Assembly: GCA_964016885.1 (NCBI GenBank)
Contig: OZ024754.1
Span: 42,594,001 to 42,658,000 of the forward strand
Length of the DNA: 64,000 nt
Source: Eledone cirrhosa
Taxonomy: Eukaryota
Direction: 5' to 3'
The translations under genes were made by a program, and so were the position numbers. This document shows positions 41,881 to 55,368 of the stretch, in pieces. Below the pieces are notes generated by a model. That model was not told the origin of the DNA. It did not search any database and saw nothing but the letters and a program-made list of their open reading frames with translations. The first letter of the stretch is position 1; every line of letters starts with the position of its first letter.

Positions 41881-42630
41881 GTGTAGTATTGGTTTAAATA
41901 TATATATATTATAGGAGGGTTCCCGATGTATATCGAGAGGTGACTACTATCGAAAAAGGTACTCAATACGTTAGTAGGGTACAGGTATATTTATATTATT
42001 ATAGAAACGACTTCTACAGGACTAGAACTGTACAAACCATCTCTATAATATATATATATATAATTTATATATATAATTTATATTATTTATATTCACTATA
42101 AACAACATAATTTCAAAGAAGCATCGTGTGATTTACATAGCTGAAATGGTTTATTATTGCCGAATTATTTACCATTATCGATAATTCCCTTTCATCTCAA
42201 GCTATTGATTTTGCTAATTAATAGTATGAGGTTGCCGCGAGGAATAACAAAAAATCCGACTAGATTAAATATATACCTTTATAGAATTACTAGTATTAGA
42301 ATATTTTCAACGAGTGTGTCCCTACTGTGATTATGCTATTGCCACGACTAAGACATTTGCTGTGATAAAGGTCATGTTTTAATCGTGGTAAAAGACAGGT
42401 GCGATATTAATATAAATATATCTTGACAAGCATCACTTGGTTTATAAGTCCCGGATTTGATATTACTTTATTTACAGTTGTATAAATAACATTACAAATT
42501 GCTCGTAATTCTTTCAGAATAAAAATATAAACACAAATATAAAGACTTATAATAAATGCAATTAACTATTGCTAGGAACCACACAAATATAGCGCACCAA
42601 AATATACGACTGAAAAACGAGAGTCAAACT

Positions 42631-42825
42631 TACGGGACTAGAACTGTTTCATTCGCAAGAAATCATCAGGAAAGTCTGATGATTTCTTACGAATGAAACG
42701 GTTCTAGTCCCGTAGAAGACATTTCTATTATAAGATAAATATGCCTATACTCTATTAACGTATTGAGTACCTTTTTTAAACTGTAGTCACCTCTCGATTT
42801 ACATAGGGAACCCACCACCTATAAT
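42631..42825 (+). mobile_element. Penelope-like relic with back-to-back hammerhead motifs
   Basis: CTGATGA(42676)-TTTCTTACGAAT-GAAA-CGG...CCGTA^GAAG, with an inverted partial copy at 42631-42674. The TATTGAGTAC tail is shared with copies near 34530-34680, 41915-42035, 52735-52920 and 61995-62085. Confidence 0.6.
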
Positions 42826-43453
42826 ATATGTGTGTGTGTAAGAGAGAGAATGTATGTATGTATGTATGTATGTGTCCAATTAGTTTTATTGTATAGATTT
42901 ACTCATTGCTTTGATGATTCTTCTCCATATCTAATCCCCAGAGTATCCCCTCCACACCACACCATGTTTTTGGTCTCATTTAATATATTGTAATGTATAG
43001 TGGTGCTAAATATATACAAGACATCGTTTGTGTATCAGATTTTCCTGATTTATGCTAATCAACAAGTAGAAACAAGAAGATTCAGCCATGATTCTACTAC
43101 TACAGTTTGCCATACGACTATCGATTTTCTTTCACTAACTGTCCCGTGTCATCATTTGACTTTCATCACCACCCACCTCTTCGTTTTCTGTTGGAAGCAG
43201 ATTTCAGATTAGTTTAACTCTTTCCTTACACTATTTCCAATGAAAAACACTGGCCTGTGGTTTTTCAAATCATTTTGAAAATATTCAAGAATTTGAAATG
43301 ATTTAGAAATATGATTATGAAAGATAGATGCAGTTCTATATTTTCATTTGTGAGTGATAAAACGGTAAACATGCTTATATACACACACAGTTCAGTCCGA
43401 ACACAGAGGAGCCAAATTCCCACTCTCATTGCCTCCATCTCTCTCGCCTTCCA

Positions 43454-43502
<49 letters not shown>

Positions 43503-43568
43503 CCCACTCTCAAGCGTGAACCTAACACCTTTCGTACTGTACTCCTTGCTGTTGTTGTTTACTTTTCC

Positions 43569-43599
<31 letters not shown>

Positions 43600-44994
43600 A
43601 TATATATATATAATTTTTTTAATGCCCCCCCCCCCCCCCGAACTCTCTTCTTGCCCACTTTTCTCCTGATGAAGGGCTTATGCCCGAAACGTAGTCCCCC
43701 ACCCCACTCTCAAGCGTGAAACTAATAACATTTGTACTGCCTCTTCGCTTCCACGTTTTTTTTGTTTTCTGTTTATTGTCTCTACTTAAAAAAATATATA
43801 TATCATTATCATCATCATCATCATCTTCGTTTAACGTCCATTTTCCACGCTAGTATGGGTTAGACGGGAGTTGTCCCATTTGAGGCAAGGCTGGTCGGGT
43901 GACCGTGTTCGCTCATATAGGACTATCTGGCAGGTTTTCTACGGCTGGATGCCCTTCATACCACCAATATATATATAAACGTGGTTGGTGTTAGGAAGGG
44001 CATCCAGCTGTAAAATACCCAGCCAAATTTACAGTTCTTGCCAGAGCAAGGTGCAACACATGACCAAACCTGACCAGACTTGCCTCCCAGCATGGACGAC
44101 CAGTCTAACGCATGCAAGGGGGGGGGGGATTGACGTTAAACAGAAAAGATGATGATGATATATATCTATATATATATGTGTATATATGTATATATATATA
44201 TGTGTATATATGTATATATATATATAAGTATATATATATATGTATATATAAGAAGTGGTCAAGCTTTGTATGGAACAGATGACCTTTATATCATCATCAT
44301 CATCATTGTTTAACATCCATTTTCCATGCTAGCATGGGTTAGGCGGGTCGTCCCATTTGAGGTAGGTGTGATCAGGTGACCGTGTCTCATTTATATAGGA
44401 CTGTTTCTGGATAGATTTCTATTGCTGGATACCCTTCCTAACGCCAACCACATTTACAGTGTGGGTTGGGTGCTCTTTTGTCATGATGTTAAAGACAACT
44501 AAAAGGGTTGGTAGGAAAGGCATCTTGTAAAACATAGCTTCAACCCTTGCTTCTCAATAATGAGCATGAAATCTTTCAAGTATCCCTTAACCCCTTGTAA
44601 ATCTAACCCCAGCTTTAGTAGGGTAAAATAACCTTAAAATGTTTTGTTATTGATGATGTTGTAAGCTGATCAATATTTGTGTTCTATTGATTGGATTGAG
44701 GTGAACAACATTAAATTAGATTAATAAAGGAAAAAGTGTTTGTATGAAGTAGGACGGGGCTTGACAGGGATGGAGGGTTCTGAAAGAGGAGAGGACTTGG
44801 GAGAGGAGGAAAGGAAGGGCTTGAAAGAAAGAGAAAGGAGAGCTAGAGATGGGGGGGGGGGTGAGAGGGAGGAGAGGAGAGGGTGAAAACAAGAGGAGAC
44901 TTTTTTAATCTATATATTTATATATTCCTGACCCCCCACCCTCACCTGTACCCCACCCCACCCTTACCCCACCCCGATCTTTGTCCTAATTCAA

Positions 44995-45028
<34 letters not shown>

Positions 45029-45253
45029 ATACAAAAATATATATATATTGTTGACCTTAAAACATTAAAACAATGTATTACAGACTGAATATAGGATAGT
45101 TTATTGTTTTATGTGGTGGGGGTGGGGACTAGGGGGTGGGGGTTACGTGTGTGTGTGTGTGTGGGTGGGGGGGTTTATTATGATATGTGTATCTATATGT
45201 GCATGTATATATGTACATGTATGTGTGTGCATGTACGTATATGTGTATGTATT

Positions 45254-45396
<143 letters not shown>

Positions 45397-45693
45397 TATA
45401 TATAGGAGGTGAGTTTTATTGTAGTACAATAAAGCAATGCAGATATCAGATAAGAAGCACTCTACAGTTTGTAGGACTGGAGTATACATAATATATAAGA
45501 TCAAAAGATGGTTAAAAGAGTTCCATGTATTTTATTATGCGCATTTCAAAAACAAATATCATCATGCAATAACATTTGTGTTTTCATCAGATAAAATAGG
45601 GAGACATGATATGAAGGTTAAAAAACACTTGTGAATAGTGCAGTTTTAAATCAACATATGTTGATTTAAAACTGCACTATTCACATGTCTCCC

Positions 45694-45764
45694 TATTTTA
45701 TCTGATGAAAACACAAATGTTATTGCATGATGATATTTGCTTTTGAAATGCGCATAATAAAATA
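45694..45764 (+). ncRNA. Minimal type I hammerhead ribozyme motif (inverted twin on the minus strand at 45528-45598)
   Basis: TATTTTAT-CTGATGA-[long stem II]-GAAA-TGCGCA-TA^ATAAAATA: 8-bp stem I, intact core, palindromic stem III, AUA cleavage triplet. Confidence 0.8.
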
Positions 45765-45794
45765 CATGGAACTCTTTTAACCATCTTTTGATCT

Positions 45795-45839
<45 letters not shown>

Positions 45840-46807
45840 CATGTATGTATGTATAAGTATGTGCATGTATGTATAAGTATGTGCATGTATGTATAAGTAT
45901 GTGCATGTATGTGCATGTATGTATATGTATGTGCGTGCATGTATGTATATGTGTTTGTGTGTGTGTATATATGTGCCTGTATGTATATGTATGTGCATGT
46001 ATGTATGTGCATGTATGTATATGTGTTTGTGCATGTATGTATGTGCATGTATGTATATGTGTTTGTGCATGTATGTATGTATGTGTTTGCGTGTATGTAA
46101 ATGTATGTGTGGGGGGGGGGGTAAAGTTGGTGAGGGATATGGTAATACTGGTTTTGTTTTTGTTGTTGTTATTATTATTATCGGTAGAGGGTCGGACGCC
46201 ATGCTTTCAAGCATAGAGTTGCGTCCCTTTACGATCTGAGTTCAAATCCCGCCGAGGTTAACTTTGCCTTTCATCTTTACAGGGTCGATAAAATAAAGTA
46301 CCAGTAATGCACTGGGTAATTGGTGGCCTTGTGCCTAAAGTAGAAACAATTATTATTATTATTATTATGGCCATAAAAAGGTTGGGGGAAGGTCCTGTTT
46401 TATTAGTAAGCAGTAATATTAAATCTAGGGATGAGTGATACTAAAATATGTGTATAGGGATTTTATCTTCCTTCAAACCATTCTTGCTATGTATTATTTT
46501 ATAGGAGTTCAAAGTTTATTGGAAATAATTCATTGTAATCAATTGGTTCACAAGTCTTGGTGATAGTAAGTATTGATGACCATAATTGATAAAAACATAC
46601 AATATAGGACAATTGTATCAATAATTAATCAATGGTTTTGTCTTTCCCCTTTTTTAATCATCAGTCACTGTGTTTATAGACAAAGAACTGGCGGTCTTTA
46701 ACCCTTTCACTGAGGACTATCAGTTATGATACCCTGAGCTTTTCAGACGGCAGAACTGAAAAAAATATTTGAAGGTTTCTAAAAAAAAAAAAAAAAAAAA
46801 AAAATAA

Positions 46808-46883
<76 letters not shown>

Positions 46884-46990
46884 TATTTTCCGTTGTGTTG
46901 TAATATAAATATTACACACAGTAGATTATCAGCTCACGTAGAGTTTGCTCGACGGTTCCAGTTGTAGTTCCAAAAGTAATCCGGAGAAAA

Positions 46991-47910
<920 letters not shown>

Positions 47911-48298
47911 TGGCTTAGTGGTTAGAGGCACTGGCCTTGCAATCGAAAGGTTGTGAGTTCAATTCTTAGACCGGGTGATGTGTTGTTTCCTTGAGCAAGA
48001 CACTTTATTTCACATTGCTCAGTTTACTCAGCTGTAGAAATGAGATGATAGGGACTGGGGTCCCTGCATTCCACAGTGGTCATATTGTTGTAATATTGCC
48101 AGAAATATTTCTGGCAATATTATAACAATATGACCCTCCCCAAGTATAACAATATTTGTTTTGACACACAATTTCATATCAAAAACCTTGCAAAACAAAT
48201 TCATATATATATATATATATTTACCATCTAATATATTTTACAGAATTTTGGTGTTAAATAATAAGTATATATATGTTTGTTACATTAATGTGATGTGA

Positions 48299-48347
<49 letters not shown>

Positions 48348-48492
48348 AATCATGTGGTGTGTATATATATGTGTATATATATATACATGTGTGTGTTTGA
48401 AGTATATCTGCTCTCCAATAACCTTGACTAACCATGTGACAATACACAGTTGTGTGTCTGTAATCATGTGCATATATAATGTATGTATGTAT

Positions 48493-48552
<60 letters not shown>

Positions 48553-49940
48553 TAGATATATTTCTTTATTAGCCACAGGGGCACAAAAGAAGGGGACAAA
48601 TACAAAGGGGGAAGTTTACATACAATAAAAACGTGTAAAATGTTATCACAGATGGAATTTAAAAGTTAGTCGATTTTCCCCAATAGAGGGAGACAGTTTA
48701 TATGGGTAACACAGACCCCCAAAAAAAATGTGCAACCCTCATCTCCAGGAGTACGAAGAGCTTGTACTCCTTTCCTCTCCTCCTCCTTTTCCTCAACCTA
48801 CAGGCTGATATAGAGAGAAGGCCCATTCACTCGGGCCATTCTCGCCACTTTCACCCACCTTTCATAAAACTTGCTGGGGTACAGCACCTCTCTCTCCATC
48901 CTGATTCTTCATAGATAGATAGATAGATAGATAGATAGCTTGTGATAAAGTGTGTCAACGTTCTATTCTCCTTTAACCTATATTTATTTTCTTCATTCAA
49001 ATGGTTGGCATCTTCCACATACAATGTCTCCCTATTCTAGCAAAGAACCCCCTTCCACACTCCAAAAATGAACAAGAAATGAAACCTTATTTTGACTTTA
49101 TGTATTTAAAGCAAGGCATTAGAAAAATTACAGATGTTTTCTTTGACCGAAATGACACCAAACCATCTGAAACGACAGCAGTTTTTATGATTCAAAACTA
49201 TTTGTTTCAGTGAGTTTATATTTGTCTAAAAACCTTCCACTATAATTATATGTAAAAACATTTAAGTTATGTTCCAAATACCAGCATTAATAGCAAGAAA
49301 TCCCTTCAAATTCTTGAGTATTTTCAAAATGATATGAAAATGTGTCTTTCATTAGAAAGATGGTAATAAAATGGATAAACTCCATTCTGTTGCCTGCATT
49401 TCTCTAGAACTTACCAGCTCCATTCTTGAAATTTCTTTAGAACTTATTAGCTCCATTCTTGAAATATCTTCACAACTTACCAGCTCTGTTCCTAGAATTT
49501 CTCTAGAACTTACCCACTCCATTCTTGAAATATCTCCAGAATTTGCTTGCTTCATTCCTGAAATTTCTCCAAAACTTACCAGCTTCATTCCTAAAATTTC
49601 TTCACAACTTAGCAGCTCCATTCCTAAAATATCTCTAGAACTTACCAACTCCATTCTTTTCTCCTCCTTTTCATTTATTTCCATTATTTCAAGAGAAATT
49701 CAACAACTGCAGCCTTCATTGTCAAAACCATTTTCCCCTCTTTTAAGCTTCTTTTCTTGCAGGAGTAGTTCTATTATACAGTCACACAGACATTGTTTCG
49801 CAAACACGAAGTCTTGAGTTCTATCTCACCATGAGGCTCCTTCAGTAAATGTCTTTAACTATAGCCACAGACTCACCAATGCCAATTTGGAAAACAGAAA
49901 CTGTAGGAAGTCTGTTATGTATGTGTGTGTATATATATAT

Positions 49941-50937
49941 AGAGTCAGAACTGGATGGAAAAAGTTCAGAGAGCTTATACCACTATTAGCCGCTAGAGGG
50001 TTCTCCCTAAAAATGAAAGGCAGGTTATACGATGCCTGCATACGAACAGCAATGCTGCATGGCAGTGAGACCTGGGCACTGTGTGCAGAGGATATACGCA
50101 GACTAGAGAGGAATGAAGCTTGCATGCTCCGCTGGATGTGCAATAGTAATATACGTGAACGGCAAAGCATAAACGAACTAAGGAAAAAATTAGAAATAAG
50201 AGGGATCAGATGTTGTTTACTCGAGAGAAGGCTACGTTGGTACGGTCACGTGATGCGCATGAAAGACGACAGCTGTATAACAAAGTGCAGGGCAATAAAG
50301 ATAGACGGTAGCCACGGAGTAGGCAGACCCAGAAAAACATGGGACGAGCTGATAAATTCCGACCTCACACGCTTACACCTCTCCAAGACAATGTCACTGG
50401 ACCGAGACCTTTGGCGGTACTCAGTAATAGAGAAGACCCGCCTTACCTAAATACAAAGTAAAAACCTACTACAGTCAGTAGGCATCTCTATCAAAACACA
50501 CCCCCGTCCCACCACCTCCACCCCACCCACACCGCCCCTTTCAATGTAAAGTTATGTTGGTCCCACAACATCCAGGCCGAAACAAATGAGATCGTGTAGG
50601 TGTCACGACAAAAAACACACAGTCCACGCTGTAAATGTGGCCGTGTAGGCAACACGGTAAAAACCTCCCAGCCCCACACTGTAAATGTGGTTGGTGTTAG
50701 GAAGGGCAGACAGTCCACGCTGTAATGTGGCCGTGTAGGCAACACGGTAAAAACCTCCCAGCCCCACACTGTAAATGTGGTTGGTGTTAGGAAGGGCATC
50801 CAACTGTAGAAAACCCGCCAGACAGTCCTATGCGAGCAAGACAACCACTCTTGCCTCAAGTGGGAAAACCCCCGTCCAAACCCATGCAAGCATGGAACAC
50901 GGACGCTAAACCTGATGATGATGATGATGATGATGAT
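49941..50937 (+). mobile_element. 5'-truncated RTE-clade LINE: C-terminal ORF, 3' UTR and (GAT)n tail
   Basis: Open frame to 50450 with LHGSETW, RLRWYGHVMR and GRPRKTW; (GAT)n tail at 50913-50937; embedded in (TA)n. Confidence 0.92.
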
Positions 50938-51080
50938 ATATATATATATATGGAAAGTTATATTTAAATTGTTGGGTTACAACTAGTAAATATTTATAAC
51001 TGATATAAAAGCACTCGACAAATATTTGGAGTATATTTACAATATTAAATAAATGGAAACTATATTTATAAAACCATATT

Positions 51081-51146
51081 TATTTCATTATATATATTTC
51101 AGGGATATCATATTAACAATATGCTATGCCTTCCTCAGACAAAATA
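51081..51146 (-). ncRNA. Minimal type I hammerhead ribozyme motif
   Basis: Minus strand TATTTTGT-CTGAGGA-aggcatagcatattgttaatatgatatccct-GAAA-TATATA-TA^ATGAAATA. Confidence 0.7.
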
Positions 51147-51328
51147 CAATATAAACAGTTTTATAGATAAATAGATTCGACATACCGTAACAACATCGAC
51201 TTGTATTTGAAAAGGTTGATTTGGCAGTGAAAAAATTGTACACAGAGAGAAAGAAAGAGAGAAAAAAAAATATATATATATATATCAAATTGAGAGTATT
51301 TAAGACATGGTTACATAATTGCTTTATT

Positions 51329-51379
51329 GCATGATATACATTTCTGTTATATGGTTGTGCATGTGACTTCATCAGATGC
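51329..51379 (-). ncRNA. Hammerhead ribozyme motif, second family
   Basis: Minus strand GCAT-CTGATGA-agtcacatg...catataaca-GAAA-TGTATA-TC^ATGC; 4-bp stem I, AUC triplet. Confidence 0.6.
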
Positions 51380-51455
51380 TCATGCAATCATAGGGATATG
51401 TCGCTGGTCATGTATTACCATCCGGTTGTGATGTCAGCAGACATATATATATATA

Positions 51456-52320
51456 CAGGGTGCGGACGATATCTGTTCGCAAGATTACTGTCTAGGATTA
51501 TATAACACAGAGGTTTTATTTTTTAAGATATATTTATCAAACTTGGGTCAGTTTGTCTTCATGACTTGTTCTTTCGATCTCACTCGATAAACCTGCATTG
51601 GCGGCCTCGGAACCAGCTACAGGCCGTCGTCACTGTCCCCCGACTTAGGCCCCAAAAGGCACTTGTGATCCTGGCCTTCAAATCGTCTTTCGTATTGCAG
51701 CTAGATCTGTTGGTGTCTCATTCCACTGCGCCCCACACAAAGAAGTCGAGGGGGTTGCAGTCAGGTGAGCTGGGAGGCCAGATGTCAGGTGAAGTGTGGC
51801 CGACGAAGTTCTCTGACAGCCAGGCTTGGGTCTTTCGGCTGGTATGTCTGAGTCTTGCTGCCACATGTACGGCCTACCTGCAGCTACCTGGTTGATCCAG
51901 CGCTTTACTACCTTGCTCAGAACACGGATATAGCCATCGGTGTTCAGATTGAGGCCCTCAGGGAAGAAGTGAGGTGGCATGACGTCACCTTGACTGCTGA
52001 CGACACCTAAGACCAATGTTGTCGCTGGAAACTTTGTCTGCATGACTCTGGGCACATCTTTGGATGAGACAGCGAGCCACCTGTTGTTCTGGGAGTTGAT
52101 CTTCTGGTCTTATTTGTCCTCCTGGCGCGGATTCCAAGAAGAACTCCGTGTCTCTTCCACAAATTTGGAGGTTCAAAATTATTCATAATCAATTATTCTG
52201 AAAATAAATAATGGAAATATAGTCACTGTTTTTATGAAGACAAGAGTGACAACGGAAGTAAAAAAAAATTTGCATAAAATTAGCAGTTGAAAATTGCGAA
52301 TAGATATCGTCCGCACCCTG
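51456..52320 (-). mobile_element. Internally deleted Tc1/mariner-superfamily DNA transposon (maT/DD37D-like)
   Basis: TIRs CAGGGTGCGGACGATATCT(G/A)TTCGCAA at both ends, TA on both sides; frameshifted transposase with PPHFFPEGL, WQQDS and WPPSSPDCNPLDFFVW. Confidence 0.92.
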
Positions 52321-52324
52321 TATA

Positions 52325-52666
52325 TTCATTTCATCATCATTTCATTTTACGTCCGCTTTTCCCTGCTAGCAAGGGTGGGACGGGAACTGATTCTGGCTTG
52401 ATTTCTACAGCTGGATGCCCTTCCTAACACCAACCTCATTTACAGTGAGTGCTGGGTGCTTTTTTGCCGTGGCACCTCCACGACCACTTTGCAGTGGAAT
52501 GATATGGACCCCCAGTCCCTATCATCTCATTTCTACAGCTGAGTAAACTGGAGCAATGTGAAATAAAGTGTCTTGCTCAAGGAAACAACACATCACCCGG
52601 TCTGAGAATTGAACTCACAACCTTTCGATTGCAAGCCCAATGCTCTAACCATTAAGCCATGTGCCT

Positions 52667-52668
<2 letters not shown>
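52325..52668 (-). mobile_element. Full-length tRNA-derived CORE-type SINE with an RTE-derived tail (other copies or parts at about 2136-2412, 2700-2910, 6440-6806, 26045-26270, 43805-43960, 44290-44480, 47909-48075)
   Basis: A box TGGCTTAATGG, B box GAGTTCAATTC, CORE-like CCTTGAGCAAGACACTT...CAGTTTACTCAGCTGTAGAAATG; tail shared with the RTE 3' UTR. Confidence 0.85.
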
Positions 52669-52699
<31 letters not shown>

Positions 52700-52917
52700 C
52701 TGTATATATATATATATATATATATATGAAAATGTTTGACCCCGACGGCAGAGCTCAAGCCGTTTTCAACGGCTATTTTTAGTTCAGAAATAGCCGTTGA
52801 AACGGCTGGAGCTCTGCTGTCGGGGTCAAACATTTTCCTATTACCCACTCTACTACCCTAAGTATTGAGTACTCTGGTGCGTTATGGTCCATCTGGTTCC
52901 TTACCATACCTCCTTCG

Positions 52918-52951
<34 letters not shown>

Positions 52952-54483
52952 AGATGTAAAAGTATAATACCACCTTAATCATGAAAGTTTTTTTACAAAA
53001 GGGGTGTTATTGCCCCTCCTCCTAGCTTTTAATGGTCCGCCCTCAGATTTGTAACATTTATGGGGTATGTTTATTCTGAAACTCCGCCTTACAATAATTC
53101 CAAATCACAGTACCCCCTCCCAGAATGTCTTGATGCCTCATAACCCCACACCGTTTCCCAGAAGATAATTTTATATAAACGTTGCAAGTTACACAAGTGG
53201 TCTTCTATAGTTACAAATGTTAAGTGTTGAAGTCTATACTAATCTTGTACCGCGATTATGAACAACATAATCTAAACAAAAAGCATTGTAAATGTGTACT
53301 TCAAACATTTAGAAAGGAGATTATCAAGTCAGGTGAACACTTCACATATGTTGAGTGGTTTCTATTGCTAATATATACCTTAGATAAGTCATATTAGTTT
53401 GTGTTCAACCTCAATGGAAAATAAGAGATAAATAAATTGTGAAACAGAAAAATGCTTGTCAAATGACACAACAATCATTAAACTCCGCCTCCTCTTCACC
53501 ATCTTCATTGGTAGCAGCAACATTAACCAATAGAATGTCTCGTATGTCAATATGGGTTGGACTTCGGCATCCAATCAGTATTCCTGACACAAGGTCCTGA
53601 AAGTTGGGACTTGAAGCAGGTTTTTGCTTTTAAAAAAAACAACACATTTTAAAATATAATAAAAAAGAAAGAAAGAAAGAATGTAGTATTTATTGAGGGA
53701 GATTAAGTAGTTACATTGTTGAGGGCAAAGAACACCTTTTAAGGGAGTTTCTTAGTAGAATTAAGATCTAGAACCCCTTTCTCATTACCTCAATCCTAAC
53801 CACCCCTCTGCTCTTTGGCTACACTATCACAACCTTTTTAATTAATTAATGAAGAATTTTGAGGGAGTTATAAAAATCATTAATTATTTCATTACTAAGA
53901 TAGTAACTTAATGTAAGGTTCTTATAAAATTATGTTGGAAGATTTAAATTTAAACAGGAATAATTTAACCCTTTCATGACTGCATTTCTAATGAAATACA
54001 CTCTATTTTAATTAATCAATGAAGAATTTTGAGGGATTTGCTAAAATTATTAATGTTAGTCAAATACTGTTCCCTTCCATCACACGTATGACATTATTCC
54101 TATGTTAGAAATAACGTATTTTGTGTTCATAACTAAAACACATTAACTCTTAATATCCTGTAATGATTTAGCAAAAAAATATCCAATATCCCAAAACGAG
54201 TTTATCAATTCAAATGTTTTTATTATCATTACTAATAAAAAGATCGTTGTGAAAAATTTGCAGTAAACTAAAGTAAATATTTTACTTTTAAAAGTAATGC
54301 AGTCATAGTGATGTTTTGTTCTTTCATTCAAGAATATCTTCCTGGTGTGGTTTCATGTGGTACAGGAGGTTTAGAGTTAAATTAAAATAGCTTGGAAGCA
54401 TAAGTTGCATCCTTTGGTTGAAGGGTGTGAGGTAAGTGTTGAAGGAAAGATTTCTAAGTTCCAATTTTTTTATTATATTTCAG

Positions 54484-54578
54484 GAGAATGGACCAACTAT
54501 GGTTGGAGATGAATGGAACGATGTGGAGTTGATGGAATATCTTGGAGCTAGTCTATGCAAAGAGCTTGGCACTAACTA
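54484..54578 (+). CDS. GCHFR: GCHFR exon 2 (ENGPTMVGDEWNDVELMEYLGASLCKELGTN)
   Basis: tttcag acceptor, TA|GTAAGT donor, 95 nt; GPTMVGDE motif characteristic of GFRP. Confidence 0.96.
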
Positions 54579-54598
54579 GTAAGTAATAGGTCATATTA

Positions 54599-54792
54599 GG
54601 GCGGTGGATTGGCAGTATCGGTAGAGGGTCGGACACCATGCTTTGACGCATAGAGTTACGGCCCTTGCCATTCTGAGTTCAAATCCCGCTGAGATTAACT
54701 TTGCCTTTCATCCTTGTGGGGTCGATAAAATAAAGTACCAGTAATACACTGGGATAATTGCTGGCCTTGTGCCAAAAGTAGAAACAATTATT
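54599..54792 (+). mobile_element. tRNA-derived SINE, second family (representative copy; others at about 7228, 8663, 12093, 20582, 23075, 30015, 32165, 36742, 46180)
   Basis: Head GGGCGGTGGATTGGCAGTATCGG, B box GAGTTCAAATCCC, central GCCTTTCATCC...GGGGTCGATAAAATAAAGTACCAG, (ATT)n tail. Confidence 0.88.
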
Positions 54793-55196
54793 TGAGAAGT
54801 TATACTTTGTGGTTTGTATTCTAGATTTATAGTTGATGTGAGATTTCTGCAGTACATTTAAAATAAAAGAGTATATGAAATATTGTGTTTACATGTTTGT
54901 ATGGTCCCATAACTCTTGATAGAGTCGTAGAGATATCTTTACTAGTAGACTGTTAACTCTTAACTGCTTCTTCTTCTTCTTTTACTTCTTCCTCTTCTTC
55001 TTTTACTACTACTGCTTCTTCTTCTTTTACTTCTATCTTTTACTTCTTCTTCTTCTTCTTTTACTTCTATCTTTTACTTCTTCTTCTTCTTCTTCTTTTA
55101 CTTTATCTTAACCCTGAGAGAGAGAGGGGGGGGGGGGGGGTCAGAGCCCTCAAACACTCCTCCCAGCATATAAAAATGTCTCTTATATAATTGCAG

Positions 55197-55368
55197 CATT
55201 GAATACCGAACCCCAGATCCGCCAAGAACCGTTCTGAATAAACTGGAATTGAGAGGCTATTCCATGGCTGGCATGGCCGGAGTTGGTCAAACATGCATTT
55301 GGACCATGCATAAACCAGCAAGTAAGGAAGATAATACAACTAACTCAAATGCAACAAATGGTTTTTAA
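55197..55368 (+). CDS. GCHFR: GCHFR exon 3 (YIEYRTPDPPRTVLNKLELRGYSMAGMAGVGQTCIWTMHKPASKEDNTTNSNATNGF*)
   Basis: ttgcag acceptor, phase 2; DPPR.VL.KLE.RG and GVGQT..W..HK motifs; TAA at 55366-55368; total protein 100 aa. Confidence 0.95.
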
